64,000 nt of DNA from a virus. Shown piece after piece: positions 38,941-47,931 of this stretch. Position 1 is the stretch's first letter. Every line of letters begins with the position of its first letter. The position numbers and the translations under genes were made by a program. Below the pieces are notes generated by a model. The model saw only the letters and a program-made list of their open reading frames with translations, was not told the origin of the DNA and searched no databases. The stretch is taken from the IMG/VR virus record IMGVR_UViG_3300005529_000007, positions 3,169 through 67,168 of that record, one strand, 5' to 3'.

Positions 38941-39126
38941 ATGCCAACCAAAAAACGGGTCTGGACGCCTGAACAACGGGCACGAGTAGCAGCCTCGCAG
39001 AAAGCTCGCTGGGACGCTAAACGTGCCGCAACAACCACCAGCACGCAAGTCAACACGATCAGGGACTCGGAGTCCTACCGCATTGGTTATCGTGATGGCT
39101 ATAAAGATGGACGAGAGGGGAGATGA
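38941..39126 (+). CDS. Small basic putative DNA-binding protein, antisense to its block
   Basis: MPTKKRVWTPEQRARVAASQKARWDAKRA...GYRDGYKDG. Confidence 0.6.
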   Translation: MPTKKRVWTPEQRARVAASQKARWDAKRAATTTSTQVNTIRDSESYRIGYRDGYKDGREGR

Positions 39127-39134
39127 TCCCCTCC

Positions 39135-39325
39135 TGTCTGTGAACCCGTTTTTGGGGTAGTGGTACAGGGTTTCCGCAGGGCTTGTAGCCCATTGGAGGC
39201 TTGTTGAGAGGCACTACCCACCGGACCAGAACGGGTCAGAAACTGGTTGCCCGGATTTCGCAACCTCTCGCATCCTTGGCTTGCGAACCCTGTATCCACT
39301 ACCCTAAAAATGGGTCGAACAGACA
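39135..39325. repeat. ~190-bp palindromic element bounded by repeats R4 (-) and R5 (+)
   Basis: About 45-bp imperfect terminal inverted repeats; internal stems GAGAGG/CCTCTC, ACCAG/CTGGT and GGGCT/AGCCC. Confidence 0.75.
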
Positions 39326-39410
39326 AAAACTTGGCCCGAGTCATATTCCCTACTTCCTCTTGGGGCCAGCGCGGCGTTGCAAAATTTCACTAGGGAACCG
39401 CGAGATCGAA

Positions 39411-39464
39411 CTACTTGCTAAATTTCTTGCTCGACTTCTTTGCGGTTTTCTTCTTCGTTGCCAT
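39411..39464 (-). CDS. 17-aa Lys-rich micropeptide
   Basis: MATKKKTAKKSSKKFSK after a strong SD AAAGGAGG. Confidence 0.4.
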   Translation of the reverse strand: MATKKKTAKKSSKKFSK

Positions 39465-39773
39465 TTGACCCTCCTTTCGTAGGCTCGATTGAGTTCTTCC
39501 ACTGACGCAAGGTCAGCCCGTGATAGACATAGCAATCACCACAGCACGTCCAATGTGGGCCGATGCCGTGGCATTCACAACTACACTGGGGTTGGACCAT
39601 CATCGTTTCCTTTCCAGACCAGAACCATAAGCATGAGCAGGATGCCTTCGAGGGCATACGTTAGGTAGCTCACGACTTCCGCCTAAACTTCTCCCAACAC
39701 TTGAGGCAGCCCTTGCCACCGTTACAGCGCGGGACTCTGATGCCCTTGTATCGTTTGTAGTTCTTGCACATTT

Positions 39774-39959
39774 TCATACAAAATGCTCCCCGCACACGTA
39801 CTGACTGTAGTGATACCGTTCCTGCAAAGGAGGAGGCGGACCGTACTTGCGATAGCGATGTGTGTGACCGCGCCCGCAGAGGACGCACTCGTCTGACTCA
39901 AACTCATACCAGTAAGAACCAGTACGGTATTGAATCTCCGGCACACCCCAAGCTCTCAT
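39774..39959 (-). CDS. Small Zn-binding hypothetical protein
   Basis: CVLC...CGEH; ATGA overlap with the upstream gene. Confidence 0.5.
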   Translation of the reverse strand: MRAWGVPEIQYRTGSYWYEFESDECVLCGRGHTHRYRKYGPPPPLQERYHYSQYVCGEHFV

Positions 39960-40780
39960 GCCACTACCGCGCTCGTGTACCCTGCTTTGATTTTCTCTAG
40001 CAGCATGTTAAACGTCCCCCTGCCCTCCGTGGGTTTCCCCTCGACGGGCTCGAAGATCTCCTCCCGATCAAGCAGCGCCTTGCTGGAACTATTGGCCCTG
40101 CACTTCGCCACGACGCCACCTTCCGGCTGCGTCACCAGGAACCTCTGGCTGTACTTCGACTTCGCATCTGCGGGATTCCGCAACGCTGTCCGCGTCCGCA
40201 TCCTCAGCACAAAGTCAAACATCGCTGGCGCTCCCAGGAACATCTGCCCTGGTAGATCTGGCCCGATGAGGCTCTCCGTCCCTGGAGGATCATCCGGTCC
40301 AGCCTTGTCATACTTCTCCAGCGCTGTCACAATAATGTGCTTGTCGGGGGCAGAGTCGAACAGCCTGACGAGCAGCCTACGGGATAGTTCTCCCATGACC
40401 TGGTAGTCATCGAGCTCCGGTATCCCCTGCTTCCGCTTGTCCGACTCGCCCCTTGCCCGTGGGATCTGGAGGGCCGCTGCCTTGATGTGCTTGCGCACAA
40501 CTTCGGTCCAGGAGTCCACAATCAGGCTATCTTTATCTTTGAAGATCTCTCCTGAGCAGAATTCTTCCACTTCCTTGAAAGACTGAGGTATGACAAAATC
40601 AACTGCACGATCAGCAATAGTAAGTAACCCATTACCTTGCCCTGTCTCACAAGCGCAGCACCCAGGATTAGGAGCCCCACCAGCCCAAAGAGTTTTACCA
40701 GTTCCCGGCAGTCCATATACCAGGACCTTAATCTTGAGATTATCCGCATTGACCAGTTCCTTCGTGTTTCTTATCTGCAA
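39956..40780 (-). CDS. Sak4-like / AAA_24 ATPase (ssDNA annealing)
   Basis: VLVYGLPGTGKT, LIVDSWT, HIIVTALE and FDFV motifs. Confidence 0.82.
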   Translation of the reverse strand: MQIRNTKELVNADNLKIKVLVYGLPGTGKTLWAGGAPNPGCCACETGQGNGLLTIADRAVDFVIPQSFKEVEEFCSGEIFKDKDSLIVDSWTEVVRKHIKAAALQIPRARGESDKRKQGIPELDDYQVMGELSRRLLVRLFDSAPDKHIIVTALEKYDKAGPDDPPGTESLIGPDLPGQMFLGAPAMFDFVLRMRTRTALRNPADAKSKYSQRFLVTQPEGGVVAKCRANSSSKALLDREEIFEPVEGKPTEGRGTFNMLLEKIKAGYTSAVVA

Positions 40781-40981
40781 CTACTCTGCCTCCAATGAAT
40801 CGTCAACCGTGGCAGGAATGGCCTCGCAATACTCCACTTCCGGCATCCCAAGAGCCCCGCTGTCCCCGTCTTCCAACATTCTCTCCGCAATTACCTCAGC
40901 CTCTTCAGGTGAGTTTGCACTGTCTACATAGTAAGTATGGTCCTGCGTTACAGTCACAGTGACCTTATATGGTTTCTTCAT
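40781..40981 (-). CDS. Hypothetical protein
   Basis: VDSANSPEEAEVIA pattern, coupled ORF. Confidence 0.6.
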   Translation of the reverse strand: MKKPYKVTVTVTQDHTYYVDSANSPEEAEVIAERMLEDGDSGALGMPEVEYCEAIPATVDDSLEAE

Positions 40982-41741
40982 TTTTCTCTTTCATGTGTAG
41001 GCGCTTGAAGAGTTTCAGTGCGCCTAAAAAGGCTTGAAAATCCTGTCGATATTCCCTGCGACCACTGGCGTGGTCCTCAAAGACAGCCGCTTCTTTATCC
41101 AGTCGGATTAGTATCCGTTTCTCTATTCGCCGTTGTGTCTCCTCCTCATAAGCAGCTTGATACGCAGAGGTTTGAAGCCAGTACTCGTCATAAAGAGACT
41201 TGGAAGTCTTCCAGTCGATGAGGGTAAGCTCACCGTCCACGTATGCAAGTTTGTCCAGCGTCCCACTGAATCTGTGTCGCCGTGAATATATACGACGTTC
41301 GACTTCCACAAGCCGAACCTCGTGCTCTCGTAACCACGCGAGAGCAGCATCGACACAGGACCTAACCGCAGTACCCTCGGCGGGAAGAAGGGGCTTCTCA
41401 GTGCTCTTGAGGTGCTTCTCAAGGAAAGAGTGAACTTCCTTGCCCACGTTGAGAGCCTCGTCCCGAACGGAACGATAGGCGCTTGTGGCCTGCTTCCATA
41501 CCTGTTCGAGATAGAGATCGCTGTGAGCGACATCAGGACTAACGGCCCCCTTGCAAAGGTTAACTGCCGAGTTGACAGCCCAGGGGATTAGCCAGGGCTT
41601 ATCAATCACACTGCATATGCGCGTGACCGAGGGAACCTTACGGCGTTCCTCTCCCTCGATGACGTGATACGTATGGGCCCGGTCGTTGTACTCCAGGCAA
41701 ACTTCCCCACCATACAAGTGGGTGATTTCTACTTCAGCCAA
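40965..41741 (-). CDS. PD-(D/E)XK exonuclease
   Basis: PSVT, GKEVH, SGTLD, IDWKTS and LQTSAY motifs. Confidence 0.87.
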   Translation of the reverse strand: MAEVEITHLYGGEVCLEYNDRAHTYHVIEGEERRKVPSVTRICSVIDKPWLIPWAVNSAVNLCKGAVSPDVAHSDLYLEQVWKQATSAYRSVRDEALNVGKEVHSFLEKHLKSTEKPLLPAEGTAVRSCVDAALAWLREHEVRLVEVERRIYSRRHRFSGTLDKLAYVDGELTLIDWKTSKSLYDEYWLQTSAYQAAYEEETQRRIEKRILIRLDKEAAVFEDHASGRREYRQDFQAFLGALKLFKRLHMKEKNEETI

Positions 41742-41747
41742 TAAGTC

Positions 41748-42017
41748 TTATCTGTTCCAGGTGTCCCCCAGTTCTTCGATGCCCCCCTCGATGGCTCCCC
41801 ATGGAACGGTGATGTCATCAATGGTTTCTCGGTGTGTGCCAATGGACGAAGTGATGGTGATCCCTTCATCGTTGGCCTGGACGACGTAACCTAGCGTCTG
41901 GATTTTTGCGGTCTGTCGCGGCCTTTCGGGGTTGTATTGCCAGCCCATGTGAGACTTTGAGTCATGCCAACAGAACCTGACTGCTGTCCCAAATGGGATC
42001 TTCCGTACTCTTGCCAC
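41748..42017 (-). CDS. Hypothetical protein
   Basis: GTG 42017 after GGAGG, downstream of P3; WHDS..GW and TLGYV motifs. Confidence 0.65.
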   Translation of the reverse strand: MARVRKIPFGTAVRFCWHDSKSHMGWQYNPERPRQTAKIQTLGYVVQANDEGITITSSIGTHRETIDDITVPWGAIEGGIEELGDTWNR

Positions 42018-42027
42018 TGTTCCTCCA

Positions 42028-42060
42028 AGATTAGACGCCTGAGAAGGGTGTATCTTGTCA
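42028..42060 (-). promoter_or_regulatory. Phage ECF-sigma promoter P3
   Basis: TGACAAGAT-N13-GCGTCTAATCT. Confidence 0.78.
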
Positions 42061-42091
42061 AGCATCTGTAGTTAATTTGATCTCCCCCGTG

Positions 42092-42163
42092 TGTCTCTCT
42101 CTGCCTATATATTTATTAGAAAAAAGATATATAAGAGAGAGAGCCAAAACCGTACCGCTGAGT
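42092..42163 (+). repeat. (TC)n/(AG)n hairpin plus CGTACCGCTGAGT element, copy A
   Basis: Homologous to 62172-62246. Confidence 0.75.
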
Positions 42164-42268
42164 CTACTTGTGCCTAAATTTAATTTGCATCTCCTTCAAC
42201 TTAGTTGCATCTCGGTGCACGCACGATGCGAAGTATGCAGAAAAGTAGCAGGATAATGATAATTATCT

Positions 42269-43369
42269 TCACAGTTGTGCCTTTCCTTTCCAACGTTCTC
42301 TGAAGTCAACTTCCGGGTCCGCCACCAGGGCCTTGTGTCCCTGGCTTAGGACCTTGTCCACAAGCCTCCGCGCATTGACATCCTTCTCCTTGAATAGCTC
42401 GAACCAGTTCACGAGCTGCTTCCAGGGGATGGTCGTTCGCTTGATGTGCTCTAGCGCAACCTGCGGCTCGGCTGCTGCCAGCTTAGCCGCAGTGAGGCAT
42501 AAAAAAGCATTCCTGGGATCGTAGAGCCAGCTCGCCATGGTGCGGTACTCGGTGTGGAGATGCCACGAGGGGCGATAAGCAGGATCGTATTTAAGGTGCC
42601 GCTGGACCCGCACATCTCCATAGTGCCCGTAATCCCCGGAAGATCGACGGGTCTGTGACTCATGATTCGGAAGAATGTCTAGCTGTTCCAATCGGGCGGT
42701 GATAGTATCCAGGGCCTTGACTCTCGCCTTGTGCTCATCTGTCCAGGTTTCTTCAACTAGCACCTGCTCAGGATTGTCCGGGTCACGCACGACACTGGTC
42801 TCGTGCACATATCCTTCCTTCAAGGGGGAGATGTCCAGGTGCACGTGGCCTCCCAGGGTCACGGTCCTCCCCGCCAGGCGCGACACGGCCCCGGCCTTCC
42901 ACTTGTTGCCCAGGTCCAGGGAGTCTGCCCTCATCATTAGTTCCTTGAGTCTCTTAACCAAAGTAAAGGTCCCCTTCGCAGGCTGTGGCCGAAGCTCCGC
43001 CACGTACCCGCTATGGTCCCAACCGATCTGCCCCGCATGAGGCAGCTTGTGCGATAGATTCACGCCCTCTCCCGCAGCGTCAAAGACAACAAACTCAGGA
43101 TCACAACCTACAAGAAATGAATTGACCACAACTTCTTCAACCTCCGGTGAAGGTACATCGCCTTCACTTCTATAGTGTCGAGCGTACAAATTTTGGGACT
43201 GGAGGAGTATGCCCAAGGGGCGACTCTGGGAAAGCTGAACCTGGGCTAGTTGGTTCCCATACGACCCCATCAGTTGATTCGTATAGGCATTCCGCCCCTC
43301 TTCAAAGCCCTGCTGAAACGCCTGCATCCCTAGTCCAAGCAAATCCCCCAGCCCGCTAAACCCTCCCAT
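42269..43369 (-). CDS. phiEco32-like COOH-NH2 ligase (paralog 1)
   Basis: GCDPEF, AELRP, GGHVH, YGDVR and EYRT motifs. Confidence 0.82.
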   Translation of the reverse strand: MGGFSGLGDLLGLGMQAFQQGFEEGRNAYTNQLMGSYGNQLAQVQLSQSRPLGILLQSQNLYARHYRSEGDVPSPEVEEVVVNSFLVGCDPEFVVFDAAGEGVNLSHKLPHAGQIGWDHSGYVAELRPQPAKGTFTLVKRLKELMMRADSLDLGNKWKAGAVSRLAGRTVTLGGHVHLDISPLKEGYVHETSVVRDPDNPEQVLVEETWTDEHKARVKALDTITARLEQLDILPNHESQTRRSSGDYGHYGDVRVQRHLKYDPAYRPSWHLHTEYRTMASWLYDPRNAFLCLTAAKLAAAEPQVALEHIKRTTIPWKQLVNWFELFKEKDVNARRLVDKVLSQGHKALVADPEVDFRERWKGKAQL

Positions 43370-43901
43370 CGCGCATCCTCTCTTCCAGCCTGCGCCAACG
43401 CGAGGTCACACAATCCAAGGTCTCGCCTGACTTCTCAGCAATCTCCGGGAGGGTCATACCCTCCAGCTTGCATCGAACTAAAAACATCTCCTCTTCTTTT
43501 AAGCCCTCGGTCAGCTTCTCCAGGGCGATCTCCGCCTCCAGGCTGTCCTCGAACATCCCCGCCCCCACGTCATCCGTGAGCTCCACCTGCTGCCTGCGCA
43601 TCTTGTCGCGGATCGCAGTGCGGCACAGGTTGAGTACAATGGCATGGAACCAGGTGGAGAATTTGCTATCCCCCCGGAACTTGTCAGACATGTAAAGGGC
43701 TTTGGTAATGGCCTCGTCAGCGATCTCCTGATCGCTTCGGCCTAGAGTGAGGACGCAGACACTTTCTGCGTGATAGCGCAGGGCCTTGAAGAGTTTCTCC
43801 AGCACTTGCTCGTCTTGCGTCTCGCGCCAGAGTTGAAACAGTTCGTTCTCATCGCCGCCACCAACCCCAGTGTTTGAGGTCGTAAAAGAACAAGTGGACA
43901 T
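43356..43901 (-). CDS. ECF-type sigma-70 factor
   Basis: Region 2 KFRGDSKFSTWFHAIVLNLC; region 4 EGMTLPEIAEKSG. Confidence 0.87.
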   Translation of the reverse strand: MSTCSFTTSNTGVGGGDENELFQLWRETQDEQVLEKLFKALRYHAESVCVLTLGRSDQEIADEAITKALYMSDKFRGDSKFSTWFHAIVLNLCRTAIRDKMRRQQVELTDDVGAGMFEDSLEAEIALEKLTEGLKEEEMFLVRCKLEGMTLPEIAEKSGETLDCVTSRWRRLEERMRDGRV

Positions 43902-43970
43902 TAAAAGTCAACCTCTCTCCCCTGTCTCGGGGCTGAATAAATAGAAATCCTGGTAATGCGCTGTGATGTC

Positions 43971-44201
43971 TCATGCTGCTCTCCCTGCCTCGTGCTCCCG
44001 CTGCACCCACCACAAGGCCAACTCTACTCGATTCGAGAGACCCGTCTTGTCATAGATGCAACAGACATAATTCTTTATTGTGTTCTCTGTGGTTCCGATA
44101 GCGTTGGCCACTTCCCGGTTTGTGTTTCCGTCTGCGACCAGGCGGACGACATCTCGTTCTCGGGGAGTGAGCTCACGCTTCCCTTCGTATCTTGTAGGCA
44201 C
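43971..44201 (-). CDS. LuxR-type HTH protein
   Basis: LTPRERDVVRLVADGNTNREVA...TIKNY...IYDKTG..NRVEL. Confidence 0.9.
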   Translation of the reverse strand: MPTRYEGKRELTPRERDVVRLVADGNTNREVANAIGTTENTIKNYVCCIYDKTGLSNRVELALWWVQREHEAGRAA

Positions 44202-44584
44202 AGATCCTCCTTGTAAATCAGGACAGCCAACTTCACGCGCTTGACCCCGGTGTCAATTCCATAACGGTCGTACATATTGTTCAGGTGCTGCTTGACTGAA
44301 CGGTTTGCGATTCCCAACGTCTTTGCCATGTCTCGGGTCTCGTAACCCTGGAGAAGAAGCTCGACAATCTGCCGCTCGCGGGGGGTGAGGGTGTCCCGCA
44401 TCTTGTCGCGTGGCATGGTCGCGGCCAGTACTTCACGGGCGAAGGCGGTTACTGTATTTACCATCTGCCGGACTTTGGCATCGTGAAACATTGGAAGTCC
44501 GTATCTATAGCTGTCGTAATTGCGGGCTATTTCGTCGAGCTTCCATACCAATTCAAGCGCTCGCTTCTCTAGATCGTCGCTCAT
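44075..44584 (-). CDS. Protein with a LuxR-type HTH domain
   Basis: LTPRERQIVELLLQG...MAKTLGIANRSVKQHL. Confidence 0.8.
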   Translation of the reverse strand: MSDDLEKRALELVWKLDEIARNYDSYRYGLPMFHDAKVRQMVNTVTAFAREVLAATMPRDKMRDTLTPRERQIVELLLQGYETRDMAKTLGIANRSVKQHLNNMYDRYGIDTGVKRVKLAVLIYKEDLCLQDTKGSVSSLPENEMSSAWSQTETQTGKWPTLSEPQRTQ

Positions 44585-44775
44585 CGCCATCGTAGTATCT
44601 CCCCCATGAGAATAATTCCGCTGACTACGCCGAAGAATAGCCCGGCTCCTGCGGCAAACGCTGCCGCCCTAATCGCCCTTGTGTCGCTTACACTTTCGCA
44701 GTAAGTATGCAGCCCACAGAACTGGCACTTGCCAGGAATATCGCAGCCTTCGAAGTTCTCTAGATCGTCGCTCAT
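44581..44775 (-). CDS. Small protein with CxxC and a C-terminal TM segment
   Basis: Coupled ORF; first 20 nt identical to those of the next gene. Confidence 0.55.
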   Translation of the reverse strand: MSDDLENFEGCDIPGKCQFCGLHTYCESVSDTRAIRAAAFAAGAGLFFGVVSGIILMGEILRWR

Positions 44776-45002
44776 GACGCTGGCTCCTCTGGTGTGGGTG
44801 CAGGCGCGGCCTCGAAGTAAAACGTATACGTCAATGGCAAGACGTACCCGGCACAGTATTCATGAATCATGTAAGGCGGGAGTTCGCTTACAAGAATGAA
44901 TGGATAACCGCTCCAGTTTCTCAGCGCCTGCCAGAAACGCTGTTCGGGATTGTCTTCACAGTAGGCGACGAACTTAGCCAGTAATTCGCTGTTCTTGCTC
45001 AC
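44772..45002 (-). CDS. Hypothetical protein
   Basis: PEQRFWQALRNW; coupled ORF. Confidence 0.6.
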   Translation of the reverse strand: MSKNSELLAKFVAYCEDNPEQRFWQALRNWSGYPFILVSELPPYMIHEYCAGYVLPLTYTFYFEAAPAPTPEEPAS

Positions 45003-45352
45003 ACTTCCTCCTTCGGACTCTCCACGGCAGCGCGGTCAATGGGTGCGCTCGGCTGCGGACTCTGGGCGAGAGCGCGTTCGGCAACGCAATGCAGGCACAC
45101 GTAATCAGGCACCGACCAGTCTTCAGTGTGCTCCAGACGCTCGGCTATTTTCTGCAACGCTTCCCGCAGTTGCGCGTTCTCAGCGGAGAGAGCGGCCCGG
45201 CCAGCTTGCCATGCTTTATACGCCAGCTCTGTCGCAAACAGCCAGTATGTACCCTCATTATCCGGGTCTGTTGCGATGGCCAGTTTTTCAGTCTTGGCCC
45301 ACTTCTCAAACTCCGCTCGGCTCGCTTCCTGTACCTCGGTAGGCTCAGTCAT
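44999..45352 (-). CDS. Hypothetical protein
   Basis: RAEFEKW...AWQAGRA pattern; SD GGAGG. Confidence 0.6.
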   Translation of the reverse strand: MTEPTEVQEASRAEFEKWAKTEKLAIATDPDNEGTYWLFATELAYKAWQAGRAALSAENAQLREALQKIAERLEHTEDWSVPDYVCLHCVAERALAQSPQPSAPIDRAAVESPKEEV

Positions 45353-45367
45353 CTCCGTCCCTCCCTC

Positions 45368-45772
45368 TCATCGACCTTCAGACTGCGAACTCAGTGATGG
45401 CCCTTCAATCGGCGGCGGACATTGTTTATGGGAATGCTGCCTCTCGTAGTCTGGATTGTGTGAGGGCAGTATTGGCGCTTTACCCGCTATGATGGCATCG
45501 ACTAATCTCCTTGCCGCCTCCTCCTGTGTCGCGCCGTGCTCTGCCCAAAAACCCTTCGCCCCGTCTTCGATATATATCCTGTGGCAGTCGTCCATACATA
45601 AGTTAGCTTGAAATTGCGCGTTCGGATCGTCCTGCCAATCCACACAAAATATCCAATAGTGCATGTGACGCGCCTTAGCGAGTTGGATCAATTCCGCGAT
45701 TCCGTTTCGTTGTTTAGCAAATACCGTTACCGACAACAACAGACAAGTCAGCATCAATTTGATAATTTTCAT
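45368..45772 (-). CDS. Exported hypothetical protein
   Basis: Signal peptide MKIIKLMLTCLLLSVTVFA. Confidence 0.6.
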   Translation of the reverse strand: MKIIKLMLTCLLLSVTVFAKQRNGIAELIQLAKARHMHYWIFCVDWQDDPNAQFQANLCMDDCHRIYIEDGAKGFWAEHGATQEEAARRLVDAIIAGKAPILPSHNPDYERQHSHKQCPPPIEGPSLSSQSEGR

Positions 45773-46058
45773 CGACCCCCCTCTGCTGCTACGCTCCCTT
45801 CTGCCGCCCTTCTACTCGCTGCCATGTCTGCCTCCAGCAGAATACCTACTCACTCACGTGTAACTATCCATGTCATCAATGTAATCATCGTCGCAATCTC
45901 CCACGACGGAAGCCACGCTGTCGCCTGCCGCTACCAGATCATCGTCCGCCACTTCCTCGATGAAGCACCGATCACAGGCAGGAATCAACACCCCTCCCAC
46001 AGACACCCACAGTACTTCCGTAAACGCCTTGCACTTCTGGCAGAAGTAACTGTCTCCG

Positions 46059-46526
46059 TCATTCCTCGACACTTGCCTGAGATGCGACGTTCCCGGAATA
46101 GGGGGTGAGAGAACTCTCGTAGTATCGGATGGTCCTGATGGGGACGCTGTCGAGGTCCCATGTAAATCTCTCTCGTCCTGGTGGTGGTGTCGGGGTGGCG
46201 GCAACTGAATTGTCATCTCTTTCTCTCCTTTTAAGTGGCACGTTCAGCCTGTACTTCCTGGCGAAGTGCATATAACGGCTGTTCTTCACATGCACACGCG
46301 AGGGCTCGCGGAATACCCACATACCCTTCCTGGCATAGCTCAGCCTATCCATGTACCACCGCGCACGTTCCCACCAGGGCCACTTCTTAAAGCCCTCTGG
46401 ATAATCCTCCGGCTTCAGGAACGGCGTCAGGTACTTCTCCACGCTCGCCATGAGTATGGCCTTGGCCCTGCCCCCGGCGTACTTCCTGCCCTCGATGTCT
46501 ATTACAAAACGAACTTTGTTCGGCAT
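46059..46526 (-). CDS. Hypothetical protein
   Basis: 155 aa ORF within the operon. Confidence 0.55.
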   Translation of the reverse strand: MPNKVRFVIDIEGRKYAGGRAKAILMASVEKYLTPFLKPEDYPEGFKKWPWWERARWYMDRLSYARKGMWVFREPSRVHVKNSRYMHFARKYRLNVPLKRRERDDNSVAATPTPPPGRERFTWDLDSVPIRTIRYYESSLTPYSGNVASQASVEE

Positions 46527-46529
46527 AAG

Positions 46530-46724
46530 CTAATCTACCAGTCCCTTGGTGAGTTCATACCGCAACTGCTCGGCCCTTCTCATGGCTTCTTCCCGAGGGT
46601 TGTACCAATCCCAATAGAGATTCCCAACCCTCACCCAGCCACCGCGCCCATCTTCGGGCACTTCTACTTCAACCATTGCTCGGATGCGTCTCCGCAGCAC
46701 CCTTGCGTCTACGGTATCCGCCAT
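46530..46724 (-). CDS. Hypothetical protein
   Basis: SD GAGGTG; 64 aa. Confidence 0.5.
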   Translation of the reverse strand: MADTVDARVLRRRIRAMVEVEVPEDGRGGWVRVGNLYWDWYNPREEAMRRAEQLRYELTKGLVD

Positions 46725-47460
46725 TGACCCACCTCACAATGTGCTCCGCAAGAGACGTGATGCCCTGCCGCCGATCTTGCACACCTGGGGCGGTGTTGAC
46801 CTCCAGGACAAACATCCTATCGTCCATGCTGTGGATGATGTCCACGGCCCCGAAGTCCAGGTCCATCGCCTCGACCGCCGCTGACCCGAGGTCCTTCAGC
46901 GCTTGCGGTGCATTATCGTAAAATCTAAACGCAAAACCGTGTCCCCAGTTCCACCCGATGCCCGCCGTTCGTCCAACACCGTATCTTTCAGGGTACTGCA
47001 TAACTTTCTCATACACTGCGATAGGTCTCCGGCGATACGCCCAGACTCGATACTCTCGTTGCCTCGGGATATACTGTACGAAATAATCACAAGCACCTCC
47101 TTGTGTGCGCCATGTGAACTCCACATCATTCTGGAGTATTGGCACGATGTCCTTCGCCTTCGAGTGCTTGAACTTGCGCCCTAAGATGGGGAAGGAAAGT
47201 GGCTGGCCATTCGTCCACCCGCCATTCGTGCTCCAGGTATTATGTGGAGGCACAAGAACTCCTCTGCTGTGCAGGCGCTGGAGTTCCTGGAATTTGTTTA
47301 GCCTGCCTGCATTGCCATTGAGCACGGGCACCGAAGCAGCCACGGGGACGCCATAAGAAACTATGGCTTCCCCCGGTGTGCCGATCTGTATCCCTTGCTC
47401 TTGTAGGAGCTGCCCCAACAGTCTCCCGGTGTCCCCTTTTACTGCGCGAAGTTCGATCAC
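46669..47460 (-). CDS. ATP-grasp ligase (RimK/YheCD-like)
   Basis: QYIP..REYRV, LDFGAVD and VLEVNTAPG motifs. Confidence 0.87.
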   Translation of the reverse strand: MIELRAVKGDTGRLLGQLLQEQGIQIGTPGEAIVSYGVPVAASVPVLNGNAGRLNKFQELQRLHSRGVLVPPHNTWSTNGGWTNGQPLSFPILGRKFKHSKAKDIVPILQNDVEFTWRTQGGACDYFVQYIPRQREYRVWAYRRRPIAVYEKVMQYPERYGVGRTAGIGWNWGHGFAFRFYDNAPQALKDLGSAAVEAMDLDFGAVDIIHSMDDRMFVLEVNTAPGVQDRRQGITSLAEHIVRWVNGGYRRRKGAAETHPSNG

Positions 47461-47469
47461 AAAGACTCC

Positions 47470-47931
47470 TTAAAGTTGTTTCGACCAGAACTCAACCACG
47501 TGTTTCTCCATGTAGTTTGAAGCAAAGCTCCCGGTCGTCTTCCATCCTTGTTTCAGTAGCAAGGTGCGCTCGACGATGTTGTCCTCACGTACTGTGGCAA
47601 CGAGCACTTCTGCCCCTGCCTTTCGTGCGATCTCTTCTCGGTAGCTCGCCATGAGCGTGCCGATCCCACGCCCTCGTTGAAAGCGGCTGACACTCACCTC
47701 GTGCGACACCAGAATCAAGTCGTTCCCTGGCATTGGAGCCAGGGCAAAGTTGCACAGACAGAAGCCATTACTTTCCCCTTCACGAACCATGATGCTGGCG
47801 TGAAAGTTGTCTCCTGCCGAGTTGGTGGTCAGCCTGAGATTCTCTGGCCTGATGTAAGTAAGCCTTGCGATGGTCCGCAAGGCTTCCTCGTTGAGTACCT
47901 CTTTCGTCTTTTCGTCGAGTGTGTAGATCAC
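47470..47931 (-). CDS. GNAT acetyltransferase
   Basis: V...QRGRGIGT acetyl-CoA motif; ATVREDN...KQGW. Confidence 0.85.
   Translation of the reverse strand: MIYTLDEKTKEVLNEEALRTIARLTYIRPENLRLTTNSAGDNFHASIMVREGESNGFCLCNFALAPMPGNDLILVSHEVSVSRFQRGRGIGTLMASYREEIARKAGAEVLVATVREDNIVERTLLLKQGWKTTGSFASNYMEKHVVEFWSKQL

Noticed and set aside
40965-41741. Cas4 / CRISPR adaptation gene
   Set aside because: It lacks the four Fe-S cysteines and any cas context. It is an ordinary phage PD-(D/E)XK exonuclease next to Sak4 and SSB.
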